From Eledone cirrhosa (Eukaryota): a stretch of 64,000 nt of DNA. The stretch is from positions 38,564,001-38,628,000 of the forward strand of contig OZ024743.1 in NCBI GenBank assembly GCA_964016885.1, in the 5' to 3' direction. A program made the translations under genes and the position numbers. The notes beneath the pieces were generated by a model, which had not been told where the DNA came from, searched no databases, and was given only the letters and a program-made list of their open reading frames with translations. Positions 11,054 through 24,489 of the stretch are shown piece by piece (position 1 is the first letter of the stretch; each line of letters begins with the position of its first letter).

Positions 11054-12998
11054 ATGGATGGCTCAGAGTCACTCCTTCCTCACACTCTAACTCCTCACAC
11101 CGACACCACCATTGTAAATATTGCTACGTTTGCCAACACTGGAAATGTAAGCAGTGCCAATATTTTAAATTTTTATCAGGCAGACGTTCATTTCCCGCCA
11201 TTACCAATGACTGCAGGTGTTAAAGCCGCCCCCCCCCCCCCCCCACCACCACCACCACCACCTCAGCGGCAACAGAAACAAAATAAAAAATTTAATTAAC
11301 TCGTGATATCGAAATGAATTCAATCAAAATGAACTCTTCCACACCGAACAACACTGACACCACCACCACCACTACAACTGAAACTAAAATTAATAATAGC
11401 AAAAATAACGATAACAACAACAGCAACAATGAAATTAAGAAAACTACCCTGAGTTTTGCCAGAGTAGCAAACACGTGCAAAGCGATCCAGGTAACTCAGG
11501 AGGAATTAGAAGAAGCCAAAGGAATGGTAAAGAAAGATGGGTACAGGGTCAGCCTCCCCTCCCACACACCTAGTAAAATGGAGCAACGTCGCCTATGCAC
11601 CGTGTCCTTTCGGACAATTAACATAACATCGCGCCGAGTCGAACGGGCATCCCAGTCCCAAATCCAAAAAAGCTTTGGGACATGTGTGGGCAAGAGAAGC
11701 CCACATCAGACGTGGGCAGAAGTATGGAACCGTGGACGTGTTCTTTGAAACACAACAGGAGGCCAGAGAACACTCCATGGTCCTATTAAGAAATGACGAC
11801 TTCACACTCGTCCCAAGCTATTGTGGCCAGAGACTTGTGAAGTTCAGGGTGCCCCACTTACCACCGGCCATCGAAATTCCGTGGCTAATGGCTGCCGTCC
11901 TCGCCGGCATCGAGGCCAACCTCAAAATAATAGAAATAGCGAAAGAAAAGCAGGAGAACTGGTCCGGATCTGGGATGGAGCTCCTGATCCAAGCGGACCA
12001 TAAAAGCATTGAGGAGATCCCAGAGATAATAGACCTCACTGACGGCAGCCACCTCACCGTAATCATCGAGGGTAGAAGACCTATGAGTGTCGTTTGTGGT
12101 GAAGGAACCCACCTAAGGGCTTTCTGCCCTCAGGCTAAACGGTTGAGGCCACCTCTCCTACCCACCCCAGTGACTCAACCATCAACACCACCAGCAGAAA
12201 TGGCAGCAACAACTGTAGCAGCAACAACAGAAGCAATTGTAACAGCAACAACTCCAGCAACAGTAGCAAAACCAACACTACCACCACCCAACGCGCCAGA
12301 ACTAGCACCAACGCCTACACCATCCACCACGCCACAACCAAAACCAACGCCTGTGGAGGATTTTCCACTCCCCGGCTTATCGCAACTGGAGACAGATTGT
12401 GACGACGAGGAGTGGGAAACGGTATCAGGAAAAAAAAAAGAGAAACCAAAAAATAAAAACATTCTCTTCTTTCCCCATCCAAAAACAAAATACTGAGGGA
12501 AACAAATAAATTAACAAACAAAAAAGTTAGGACATATATGCCACCATCAACACCAGCATCACCAACCCCATCACCACAAACACCAACACCATCACCATCA
12601 TTAACCCCAACACCCCAATCACCAACACCACAAAAGTCACCAAAAAGCGTAAAAGAAACAAACCCACAACAAACGCAAACAAAACAAAACAACCAAAACG
12701 ATACACACTACACAGCATTAAATTTGAACAACAACCAATTATTAGACTACATGCAACACAACACCAGCATCATAGAAAAAGACTACACAACAACCCAAAA
12801 GTTCACACCACCCCCACAATACAAATCACTCGCATCACGCAGAAATCGTACACGGCACTAAAACAAAAATTCCCCAAAGACATCGGAGACTTCCGACAAA
12901 CACTCTCCAGGTGGATTTATAAGGACATCCTTCCGGAGGAGGCCACAAGCAGTGAAAAGGGTGGACAAACCATCTTTCCTCTGCGAGAAGTAAGGTAA
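11054..12998 (+). pseudogene. Tx1 ORF1 of copy 3 (frameshifted)
   Basis: Pieces 11314-11748, 11675-12496 and 12538-12861 are homologous to copy 2 ORF1 (EELEEAK, SRRVERA, LVPSYCGQ, THLRAFC). Confidence 0.85.
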
Positions 12999-13032
12999 GT
13001 CGTATTTCCCATCTTTTCCACTCCATTTCAAC

Positions 13033-15990
13033 ATGACCTCTCTCAGAATAGGCAGCATAAATGCGCGTGGCTTGGGGTCGTCATGGAAACAGGGCCATCT
13101 GCTCAACGACCTCAGGTCACTAAACATAGATGTAGTGGCCATCAGCGAGACCAGAATCCCCGAAGCACGGGCCTTCGCACCGATGTTCGGCGGCTACGAT
13201 GTGTACGCATCTCCCAGCCATCGAGGATCGGGTTGAGGAGTTTCTGTGCTATTTCGGAGAGGTTTGGATCTCGCCATACGGGCCATCTTCCTGGACCCTG
13301 AAGGTAAGTTGGTGGAGCTAGACGTGACCAGCGGAGACGGGTAAGCTTTCAGGCTAGTGGCCGTCTATGCCCCGACAGGAGCAGGGCGGCCTGATTTCTT
13401 CCGGCGTCTGGAGACCTTTCTTGGAACGTCCAGCTCTTTAGTGTTAGTGGGCGACTGGAATGGGATCTTAGATGCACGCTGGGACTGTGTGGGATTAGCG
13501 GATAGGGGAGAAGGGTGCAAGAGCCTCCCCAACCTGCTCAGGCGTTTTGAACTGTCTGACAGTACCGATTGGATTTCCCGAATGTGCCAATGTGGACTTG
13601 GACAAATCGCATAGGGTCATCCAGATCATATCTAGGTAGAGTAGATGTAGAGAAATAGGTAGGTCTAGCATAGGTTGTCCACAATTCAAGATAGTCAGCT
13701 ACACGGACCACAAATTCGTGATCTGTGTGCTTGACTTAGATAGGCTTCATAGACGAGGACCTGGCTACTGGAAGCTAAACGCGTCCTTACCAGCGCGCAA
13801 GGCCTACAGAGACCGGATTAGCGAACTAGTTAAGCGGGCGTTGACGGGGGTCATAGTCAACCACAAGTGGTGGTTTGATCTGAAAAGAGCAATTAGAATA
13901 GAGTCCATTAGGTTTAGTAAGGCTTTAGCAATAGAGAAAAATAGAGCAAAGGGAGAATTAGTTAAAAGGCATCGCGACCGACGTACTTGCGGCGAAATTG
14001 GCCCTTGAACAATTCTTCAATGCAAACACGAAGGCTGCGTTGTCAGAGCTAGGGTGCGTGCTCTCAGACACGAAGGGACGAAAGCCGTTCAATGGGCCCG
14101 AGTAGCCGAGGCGCGTCGTCGCAACAAAGCCACGATCCGGTCTTTGGTGGACCACGACGGGCGCATGCTACTCGATCCCGGGCAAATGTGTGAAGCTTTT
14201 CAGCGACACTTCGCTCAGTTGTTCGGGGGCAGCGGCGGGCCGGATAGAGGGATAGATTTTAGTGTCTACCTCGACGGACTGCCGCGGCTCGCGTGGAGTG
14301 TTGCGAAAAGCCGATAACATCCGCTGAAGTACGGGAGGCAATGACTAGCTGCACAAGCGGTAAATGGCCTGGTTTGGATGGTCTGCCCTATGAACTTTAC
14401 ATACAGATGCCAGACATGTTCGGAGGCCTCTTGGCGGACGTCTACTGCAACTGGCAACAGAACGGGAGAATTCCCAGCTCTGTGAGCCGAGGAGCTGTGA
14501 CGCTGCTGAGAAAGGATCCGAACAAGGGGGATAACATAGATAATTTTAGGCCCATAACTCTGCTAAGCGCAGAGTTCAAGATTTTGGCCAAGGTGCTAGC
14601 AAAGAGGTTGGCGCTTGCGTTGGTGGTCTGGTGGGAGAGGCGCAGACATGCGCCATTCCAGACAGATCCATCCACGACAACCTCCACCTTATGCGATACA
14701 TCGTAGAGAGGGTAGCCAGGGAAGCTGGCACGGGTGGGTCCTTGATCAATTTAGTTCAGTCGAAAGCTTTCGATATGGTCGACCATCGTTACCTAGCGGC
14801 AGTCCTGAGGGCGGTTGGATTTGGGCCCGTCTTCACAGGCTGGATCGCTGCCATGAAGTGCGACATCTGCTCTGTGGTGAGAGTGAACGGTCACCTTTCG
14901 GAACCGTTCAACATCATGCGCTCGATTCGCGAAGGATGTCCCCTCTCGTCCCTCTTGTACGTATTGACTCTCGAGCCATTACTGCACAAACTGGAGACGT
15001 TGAGGGGGGTCCCGCGCGAACTAGGATGCGGAAGTCAGTGTCAGCATATGCGGACGATGTCACCGTGGTGGTGTCGAACGCCAAGCAGATCGAGGCGATC
15101 GGCACTACACTAAGAGAATACGAAGCGGTGACAGGAGCAATGATCAACTAGGAAATGTCAGTGGGCCTGCAGCTTGGCACCTGGAGAGGCAGGTCCATGC
15201 TGTCCAACATCGTCGTTGGGCGCTGGACAGACGGACCAGTTAAATTGCTTGGGGTCTGGTTCGGTCCGGATCTCCAGACGAACAAAAACTGGGACGAGGT
15301 GACGAGCAGGGTGGCTACTCTCACCCAGAAATGGGCCGAGAGGAAGCTATCCCTGAAAGGTCGAGCGCAGGTGGCTAACGCGTATATCGCGTCCGTCATC
15401 TACTACCGCCTGACCGTCGTACCTTGTCCTAAACCCCGCCTGACTGCGCTGGAGCGTTTGCTCTTTCGCTTTTTGTGGAAGGGGCGCGCTCCGATGGTCA
15501 GGTGGTCCATTTGCTGTCAACACCCGCTACGTGGTGGGCTGGGAATGCCGTGGCTGATGATGCGCAGACACACGCTCAGGTTACGCCATCTCCACCTCTT
15601 CCTCGACGGTGATCAGGTGTGGTCGCCGTTTGCTAGACACGTCTTCCCCCAGCTCGTCTCCTTGACGGAGCTGCAGTCCTGGGTCAAGCGAAGACCGAGA
15701 GGGTGCGCTTGGAGACTGGAATATCTTCAGGCGCTCACAGCCCTGGACCAATCGGGCAATGTGATCGGTGGAAACTGCACCTTGGCGTTCTATAGAGGAT
15801 TAGTGGAGGGGAAGAGCGACGACGTACTTGGAGAAACTCTAGGCGTCGACGAAAATCAACTAGCCAATCTCTTCGGAAGGACTTTCGGGCCGGGGCCTAT
15901 GGACAACTTCCAGAAATCCCTGGCATGGCAGTGCTACCGAGGAGCTTTACCAGTTCAGGAGGTGCATGGAGGTGCCGTCAGAGCAGGCCC
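13033..15990 (+). pseudogene. Tx1 ORF2 of copy 3 (multiple frameshifts and stops)
   Basis: MTSLRIGSINARGLG start; RPITLL, KAFD and YADD motifs split across frames. Confidence 0.9.
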
Positions 15991-15993
15991 ATA

Positions 15994-16030
15994 ATTTCTG
16001 GCCTTGTGCCAAAAGTAGAAACAAATATTA
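15994..16030 (+). mobile_element. SINE 3' tail fragment abutting truncated Tx1 copy 3
   Basis: ATTTCTGGCCTTGTGCCAAAAGTAGAAACAA matches the SINE end at about 49200-49230. Confidence 0.7.
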
Positions 16031-16424
16031 ATATTATTTGCTATTCATACTTTACTGTTTTAGTTTTTGTTCACTGTTGTCCCATGGTATATCTAACATA
16101 GATCACCTAAGTAAGTCTTTCATATTGTGGGTTCAGATGGTGTTCATGTTTTGAAGACCATGCTCCACTTTAGTATAGAGGTGTTGACCGCAAAGACATA
16201 TCCGGGTATGTTGGGTTTCAATATTATGTGATCTGTTTCTGGCCTGATATATTTCCGTGTGATATTAAAGAGTGTGGCAAGTTGAAGTTAAATAGTTGTA
16301 ACGTATCGCAGCTATGAGGTGCGAGATTTTATTTTGAAGAGGGTAGGTAACCCTTTTATGCATAATATATATATATATATATTTATGCATACATATATGC
16401 ATATATATATATATATATATGCAT

Positions 16425-16643
16425 GTGAAGGCGTGTGGCTGAGTGGTTAGGATTCGCAATCGTAAGGTTGTGAGTTCGAATCCTGGACCAGGCGATGCGT
16501 TATGTCCTTGAGCAAGACACTTTATTTCACGCTGCACCTTCTACCTGGAGTTGCGACCGATAGATAGTATTAGCAATTGGAAAGACCAACGGAAACATTG
16601 TTCCCTCGGTCCGATTTGACGAAAGTCGATCGTTCCTCTATGC

Positions 16644-16645
<2 letters not shown>
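16425..16645 (+). mobile_element. tRNA-derived SINE (second family)
   Basis: A box TGGCTGAGTGG, B box GAGTTCGAATCC, body GTCCTTGAGCAAGACACTTTATTTCAC; related to 51914-52189. Confidence 0.8.
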
Positions 16646-16719
<74 letters not shown>

Positions 16720-16724
16720 GCATT

Positions 16725-17180
16725 TGGTGTCTGCCAACTCGTTTTCTAGTACGGCGACTACTATATATCCATGTTGGATAACCCCTACCGATGCACTGAA
16801 CGTGTGTGGCTTTTTAGTCCAGCCAGCAACTTGAAAACTCTGGTACAAACACGACACTTGTGACAGTTATTGACACCTAGTGCTGGGCCCATGGTACCAT
16901 GTGGCTAAAGGTGTCGTGTGAGATCACTACTCGACCTGCATACCCTTCCACAAACATTACTTGTCGTCGTCTGGTGAACACTTATAGCTCCACAGGAGCC
17001 TGCTTCCCTGTTCTTGTGCACTCTCAGGTGACTCTTTAAACCTGCCATGCTCAGACAAATCCTATTACAGGTCTCACACGTCAGGTCAGGACGTCTGTCA
17101 GTGCATTCGGGCAGGCATGGATTTCTTTCAGGACATCACTTTTTAGTGTCGCGTGCCTTCTTCTTGTTTCCTCAAATAGA
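16725..17180 (-). mobile_element. 3' end of an RTE-like LINE whose ORF ends in three C2H2 zinc fingers
   Basis: Minus-strand translation: CETCNRICLSMAGLKSHLRVH ... SNVCGRVCRSSSDLTRHL*PH ... CRVCTRVFKLLAGLKSHTRSVHR*; same 3' end (GAAAACGAGTTGGCAGACACC) as about 22180-22336. Confidence 0.65.
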
Positions 17181-17258
17181 CTCAAATATATAATATATAC
17201 ATACGTACGTACATAATTATACATACACTACGTACATGTATCTATCTATATATAAATG

Positions 17259-17289
<31 letters not shown>

Positions 17290-17374
17290 GTATATATATA
17301 TACATATATATATATATTCATATATATATATATTTATTTATATATATATATTTATTTATATATATATATATATA

Positions 17375-17870
17375 TTAGAACCTATAAGGTTTCACCGTAT
17401 TTTAGACTAAAGAAATTTCTAGCCTGATAGGAGGATTATAACCCTCTGAGATATGGAAAAAGAAGAACATTGCCGTACATGGGAGTCGAACCCTCATTTT
17501 TGTTTATCAAGACCACTGCGCTACCATTACACCATCTCCTTCCATTCGAATTAGAAGCTATAAACTTAGCAAGTGAATGATAAACATGCAAATTATAAAC
17601 GTAAACATGTGTGTTTTTGAAACGGTGCGCGTGTTTGAAATTAGGAATTAGAAAATATAAGCTTTCACCGTATTTTAGACAAAAGACATTTCTAGCCTGA
17701 TAGCGGGGTTTATAATCCTCGGAGAAATGGAAAAAGATGAGTGTTGCCGTACATGGGAGTCGAACCCACATATTTGATAATACGGTGAAAGCTTATATTT
17801 TCTAATTTCTGATTTCAAACTCGCGCACCGTTTCAGAAACATACTTACATGTTTACGTTTATAATTTGCT
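17375..17870 (-). mobile_element. Non-coding element with a tRNA-like segment, partial tandem duplication and an inverted arm, inside (TA)n
   Basis: About 17375-17495 is repeated at 17645-17770; 17588-17673 is inverted at 17779-17870; minus strand has TGGTGTAATGG ... GGGTTCGACTCCC (A/B box-like). Confidence 0.65.
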
Positions 17871-18060
17871 TTTTTATATATATATATATATTTTTTTTTC
17901 TTTCAAATAATATTATATACACTCGTTTTTCCTTGGCTATCTTTAAACAACCAAATAACGAAAAACTATTAACATCCTCAAACAACTAAACTCATATCCA
18001 TAAGGGAGAATATATATATATATATATATAAGAAGAAAAGATGGTTAAAAAAGTTCCATG

Positions 18061-18131
18061 TATTTTATTATGCGCATTTCAAAAACAAATATCATCCCGC
18101 AATAATATTTGTGTTTTCATCAGATAAAATA
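18061..18131 (-). ncRNA. Type I hammerhead ribozyme motif
   Basis: TATTTTAT-CTGATGA-[AAACACAAATAT..ATATTTGTTTTT]-GAAA-TGCGCA-TA-ATAAAATA; 8-bp stem I and palindromic minimal stem III. Confidence 0.8.
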
Positions 18132-18240
18132 GGGAGACATGATATGAAGGTTAAAGAACACTTGTGGATAGTGCAGTTTTAAATCAACATATCCGATATC
18201 TGCATTGCTTTATTGTACTACAATAAAACTCACCTCCTCC

Positions 18241-18342
<102 letters not shown>

Positions 18343-18371
18343 GTTATGTAATAAACAACATAAGGCAATTA

Positions 18372-18432
18372 TTTCATTTACCAGTGGTTTCTTAAAAGCG
18401 AACACATTTTGCTTTCAATCATCAGAATGAAA
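18372..18432 (-). ncRNA. Type I hammerhead ribozyme in the inverted pLTR arm
   Basis: TTTCATT-CTGATGA-TTGAAAGC..GCTTTTAA-GAAA-CCACTGG-TA-AATGAAA. Confidence 0.82.
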
Positions 18433-18569
18433 ATATCATGGTCGATTTATTGTCAATGGATTTTAAAAACAAAAGTATAATCTATATGAAAGTGAGGCTG
18501 GAAAAGGAAGAAGGAAAGGAAAAATAAACACACGTGCAAACACACACACGCACACACAATTATATACAT

Positions 18570-18629
<60 letters not shown>

Positions 18630-18731
18630 ATACACACTCACATACACACACACATATATACATGCATATATAAATATATATATATATACATAAACATATA
18701 CATACATACATACACACACATACATATATAT

Positions 18732-18800
<69 letters not shown>

Positions 18801-20291
18801 CATATACATTCATATATACATACACATACATACATACACACAATCATACATATATACACACGTACATACATACACATACATACACACATATATACACGCA
18901 TACATACGCACGCACAAATATAGAAATATGTACACACACCTACATACTCACACACACAAATAAATATAAGAAAAAATATTTTAATAATAAAAATACCGTC
19001 ACATAAGAATACAAATGAATATAAAGATTATTATAGTGTTGACAGCGATACAGGCAACAAATAAATGAACAAACTAACGTGGTAAGCAATACACACAATT
19101 GCACGTACACATACATACGTAAAAATAAATTTTTCATAAAGCCCTTATTACAATAAAACCCTTAATAACAGCGGATTTACAGAACAAACTAATTATTTAC
19201 CCCCACCTAAAACTAACAACAATAATAGAAAAAGGAAAATTATTTGGTTTACACTCCCTTCTGTCAAAACTAATGTAGGAAGGAAATTCCTTGACCTCTT
19301 AGATAAACATTTTCCTCCTAATCATAGATATTATAAGATATTTAATATAAATGTAGTTAAGATAAGTTACTCTTGTTGCCCATCAATGAAGTCTAATATC
19401 ACTAATTCAAATCGTACGAGAACAAATCCAGTATGCAGTTGCAGGAAGCCGGATGAATGCCCATTACAGGGCAAATGTAACACTAAATCCGTTGTTTATG
19501 AGGCCAAAGTGACACCTTTAATCAACAACCAGCCAGCCAGGAGCGAGCGATATGTTTGCATGACCCAGGACAGGTTTAAAACCAGGTTGTATGCACATGT
19601 CGCTTCTTTTAAACACTCCGATAAAAGAATAGCAACGGCCCTAGCAAGTAAGGTGTGGGAATTCAAGGATAAAAACATCCCGTACTCTATCGATTAGCCT
19701 ATTTCAGACCATTCGAGGGAGTACCAAAGGAGCTTAAAGAATTGTTCTTTGTGTGCCACGGAAAAATATAGGATTTTACAAAACTTGAAAGCCACTTCTG
19801 CTTGCCTGAACACAAAGACCGAGATCTTCAGATGTTGTCCTCACCTGAAATCACATCTGATCTGCAACTGGATTGATATTCCTACGATAACTCAACCACC
19901 TTGAACTCCTTTCCTGCTCTTTACTTCCACTACGGTTTTTTTACCTGCTGAATCCACGTTCTGTACTCTCGTATTCTCTTTCTTCCTTATCTCCCTTTAT
20001 ATTAAAACTTTTCCTATGTCATTTATTCCCCCCCCCCTACTTTCTGCTTTACCCTTCACATACCCAATTTTTTATTTTTAGATATTTATTTTTGTGTGTG
20101 TGCGTGTTTGATGCGTATATTTGTGTATATGTGTATGTATATATATATATATATATGTATATATATGTATATATATGTGTGTGTATATATATATGTGTAT
20201 GTATATGTGTGTGTATGTATGTTTATATTTTTCTGTACGTATATGTATATGTATATATAATTGTATATTATATGCTTCTGCTGTAATTGTG

Positions 20292-20336
<45 letters not shown>

Positions 20337-20343
20337 ATATGTA

Positions 20344-20388
<45 letters not shown>

Positions 20389-20399
20389 GTATATATATA

Positions 20400-20466
<67 letters not shown>

Positions 20467-20702
20467 GTGTGTATGTATGTGTGTATATGTAGATTTTATG
20501 TGTGTGCGGATGTGTGTATATGTGTGCGTGTATATGTATTTTTATATAATGGTTTTGTGTGTATATATATAATAGCCTCAGAAACGGCTTGAGATCTACC
20601 GTGGGGTCAGAGTTTTTCCCTATGTGTATATAAATATATAGGTATATGTATTTGTGTGTGTATTTCTGTGGTTGTGTTTGTGCGTGTGTGTGTATGTATA
20701 TA

Positions 20703-20745
<43 letters not shown>

Positions 20746-21023
20746 ATATGTATGTGTGTATGTATATGCATAATAACATACAGTGATTTAATGCTTATTT
20801 TCTTTGATCATTTGCTCCAGGAACTTGTTGAGTGCTCTAATTCAGCTATAAACATTTAGACCCTTTTCTAATTATTTCTTTATTTATCATTTGTCGTATT
20901 CCCAACTTTTTATTTTTATTTTTATTCTTATTTTTATTTTTATTTTTATATATACAATATTTATGTTTTTATATATATATTATTTATGTTTTTTCTTATA
21001 TATATATATATATATATAATTAT

Positions 21024-21054
<31 letters not shown>

Positions 21055-21087
21055 CATGCATATGTATGTGTATGTATATGTGTATGT

Positions 21088-21121
<34 letters not shown>

Positions 21122-21287
21122 GTATATGTATATTGTGTGTATGTATATATAAATATATTTTAGTGTTAAACAAGGTTTATATGAATACATCTAAGAATGA
21201 GTTTCACACACATATGTGTGTGTTTGTATTTGTATGTGTTTGTGATATGTATGTATTTTTATGTGTATGTATGTATGGATATGCATG

Positions 21288-21362
<75 letters not shown>

Positions 21363-21747
21363 GTATGTGTGTGTATATATGTATATGTGTGTGTGCGTGT
21401 ATGTATATGTGTATGCGTATGAATGTGTATATGTATATGTATGTGTGAGAGTGTGTGTATGTATTTATTTTTACGCTTGTATGTGTACGTGCATTTGTGT
21501 GTATTGTTGCCTGTATCGCTGTCAACACTATAATAATCTTTATATTCATTTTTATTCTTATGCGACAGTATTTTTATTATTATATTTTTTCATATATTTA
21601 TTTGTGTGTGTGCGTATGTAGGTGTTTGTACATATTTCTATATTTGTGCATGCGTATGTATGCGTGTATATATGTGTGTATGTATGTGTATGAATGTACG
21701 TGTGTATATATGTATGATTGTGTGCATGTATGTATGTATGTATGAAT

Positions 21748-22336
21748 GTCAGGTCACCAGTTGGTGCTACTTGTAACTTGTATCCCAGTACAACCTGTCT
21801 CATGGTCGTTGGCGACTAAACTGCAACCCCACCAAGGTATCTTGGTGAGGAGGGTGACTTTGGACATCCTGCAGGACTAAAAACAAAACCTGTCAAAGGT
21901 CAAAGGAGCTCTTAAGAGTCAATGGCGATCCAAAATCACCCCTTAGCCTTTGTCAAGGCAGAATTCTCGGAGAAGGAAAACGCTGATATAACACCTGCAA
22001 CCCTGATGGTATCCAATGATGTTGACTTGTCCTTCTTTTTGGTAAATATCATCTTGGTTAAGAGAGTGGGACTGGCTTTGTGCAATGCCTTTGCTCACTA
22101 TAAAAGCTTCACGGCACAGGCATTGCTTTATATCTGGAGATCTCTCTGCACTTGTCATCACATGGTAACATGGGTCCAGCACTATGTGTCAATAATTGTC
22201 ACAAGTGTAGTATTTGTACCAGAGTTTTCAATCGCTGGCTGGACTAAAATGTCACACTTGTTCAGCGCATCGGTAGAGGTTCTCCTACATGGATATAAAG
22301 TAGTGGCCGTACTCGAAAACGAGTTGGCAGACACCA
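21748..22336 (+). mobile_element. Internally deleted RTE-like element inserted into the PLE 3' region
   Basis: Last ~170 nt are homologous to 16725-16900; absent from the inverted arm at 18.3-19.1 kb; microsatellite on both sides. Confidence 0.65.
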
Positions 22337-22362
22337 TGTGTATGTATATATGTATGTATATG

Positions 22363-22443
<81 letters not shown>

Positions 22444-22845
22444 ATATATATGTATGTGTGTGTATGTATGTATGTATATGTTTATGTATATATATATATA
22501 TGCATGTATATGTGTGTGCGCGTGTGTGTTGATGCACGTTTGTGTATTTGTATGTATGTGTATGCAAGGATATGTTGATAATTATGTGTGTATGTATGTA
22601 TGTGTATATGTGATGTGTATGTATATATACACACATATATATGTGTGTGTGTGTGTATATGTGTGGTTGTATGTATGTGTGTATGTATATATATATATAT
22701 ATGCGTGTATGTAAATAATCGTGTGTGTGTGTGTGTGTTTGCATGTTTGTTTATTGTTCCTTTCCTTCTTCCTTTTCCAGCCTCACTTTCATATAGATTA
22801 TATATTTGTATTTAAAATCCATTGCCAATAAATACACCAGGATTT

Positions 22846-22906
22846 TTTCATTCTGATGATTGAAAGCAAAATTTGTTTGCTTCTAAGAAACCACTGGTAA
22901 ATGAAA
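22846..22906 (+). ncRNA. Type I hammerhead ribozyme at the PLE 3' end (pLTR)
   Basis: TTTCATT-CTGATGA-TTGAAAGCAAA..TTTGCTTCTAA-GAAA-CCACTGG-TA-AATGAAA; GUA cleavage triplet. Confidence 0.82.
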
Positions 22907-23001
22907 TAATTGCCTTATATTGTTTATTACATAACTATTAAGCTCTGTTACCTACATAGAGCATTTTTTTTCCTGGACATTCCAACGGAATTACTTCATT
23001 C

Positions 23002-23209
<208 letters not shown>

Positions 23210-23217
23210 CTTCATAC

Positions 23218-23940
23218 ATCATGAAAGTGACGACAATGAGCAGACGACTCGCTGGATGGATCTCGAGGACTTTCCGGACAAGAGACCGAGACACTATGTT
23301 GACACTATGGAGGACATATGTCCTAAGCCGCCTGGACTACTGCTCCTAGTTGTGGTCACCCCATAGTACGAAACTAACCACGGAGCTTGAGGCAATCCAG
23401 CGAAGCTACACCAAGAGGATTGCCACGATGAAGGAGACAAGCTACTGGGAGAGGCTAAAGGAACTCAACCTCTACTCCTTGGAACGAAGACGGGAGAGAT
23501 ACGCAGTGATCTACATGTGGAAAATCCTGGAGGGACTAGCACCAAACTTTGGCATTGGGAGGTGGACCAACCGTCGAACAGGACGTCACTGTGTGGTGCC
23601 AAAGGTCTCGTCTTCCACATCTAGAATAAGGAGCAGGTATTGCAATAGCCTGGGATTCAAGGGCCGTCAAGTCTTCAATAATCTGCCGAGGGATCTGAGA
23701 GATTTGCATGACGTGGAGGTGGATGTCTTCAAGAAACATCTCGGAACCTTGTTATCCAGGATCCCGAATGAGCCCACAGCAAGGACGAGGGATATCTAAG
23801 GGCAGCAGCAACAAACTCCCTCATACAACAGTGGCCAACCTATACAGGCTGGAGATAAAATGCGTAGCAACAAGGGCGGTGCCCCAGCATGGCCTCAGCC
23901 GGATGGCTGAAGCAGGTAAAAGAGTAAAAGAGTAAAAGAG
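23218..23940 (+). mobile_element. 3' fragment of a CR1/L2-group LINE
   Basis: WSPH..LEAIQRSYTKRI..SYWERLKELNLYSLERRRER; ends in a (GTAAAAGA)3 tail. Confidence 0.8.
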
Positions 23941-24006
<66 letters not shown>

Positions 24007-24011
24007 TATAC

Positions 24012-24355
<344 letters not shown>

Positions 24356-24489
24356 TTTCTGTTCTGCTTATACGCATAGAGCTTAACTAGCTACCGTCAC
24401 ATATTTGGTAGGTCAGACGTGATCATCGCGATTCACATACGACCTACCATACATCTTGCTTATATATATATATATATATATATATACAT

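Larger units (their letters stand above)
10839..15990 (+). mobile_element. Tx1-clade LINE copy 3, more degraded and 3'-truncated, with a different 5'UTR/ORF1
   Basis: Starts directly after the (ATT)n tail of copy 2; ORF2 from ATG 13033 aligns to copy 2 with many frameshifts and stops; breaks off after YRGALPV. Confidence 0.9.

Noticed and set aside
17472-17540. tRNA gene
   Set aside because: Only A/B boxes are recognisable; no convincing cloverleaf, and it lies within a duplicated repeat.
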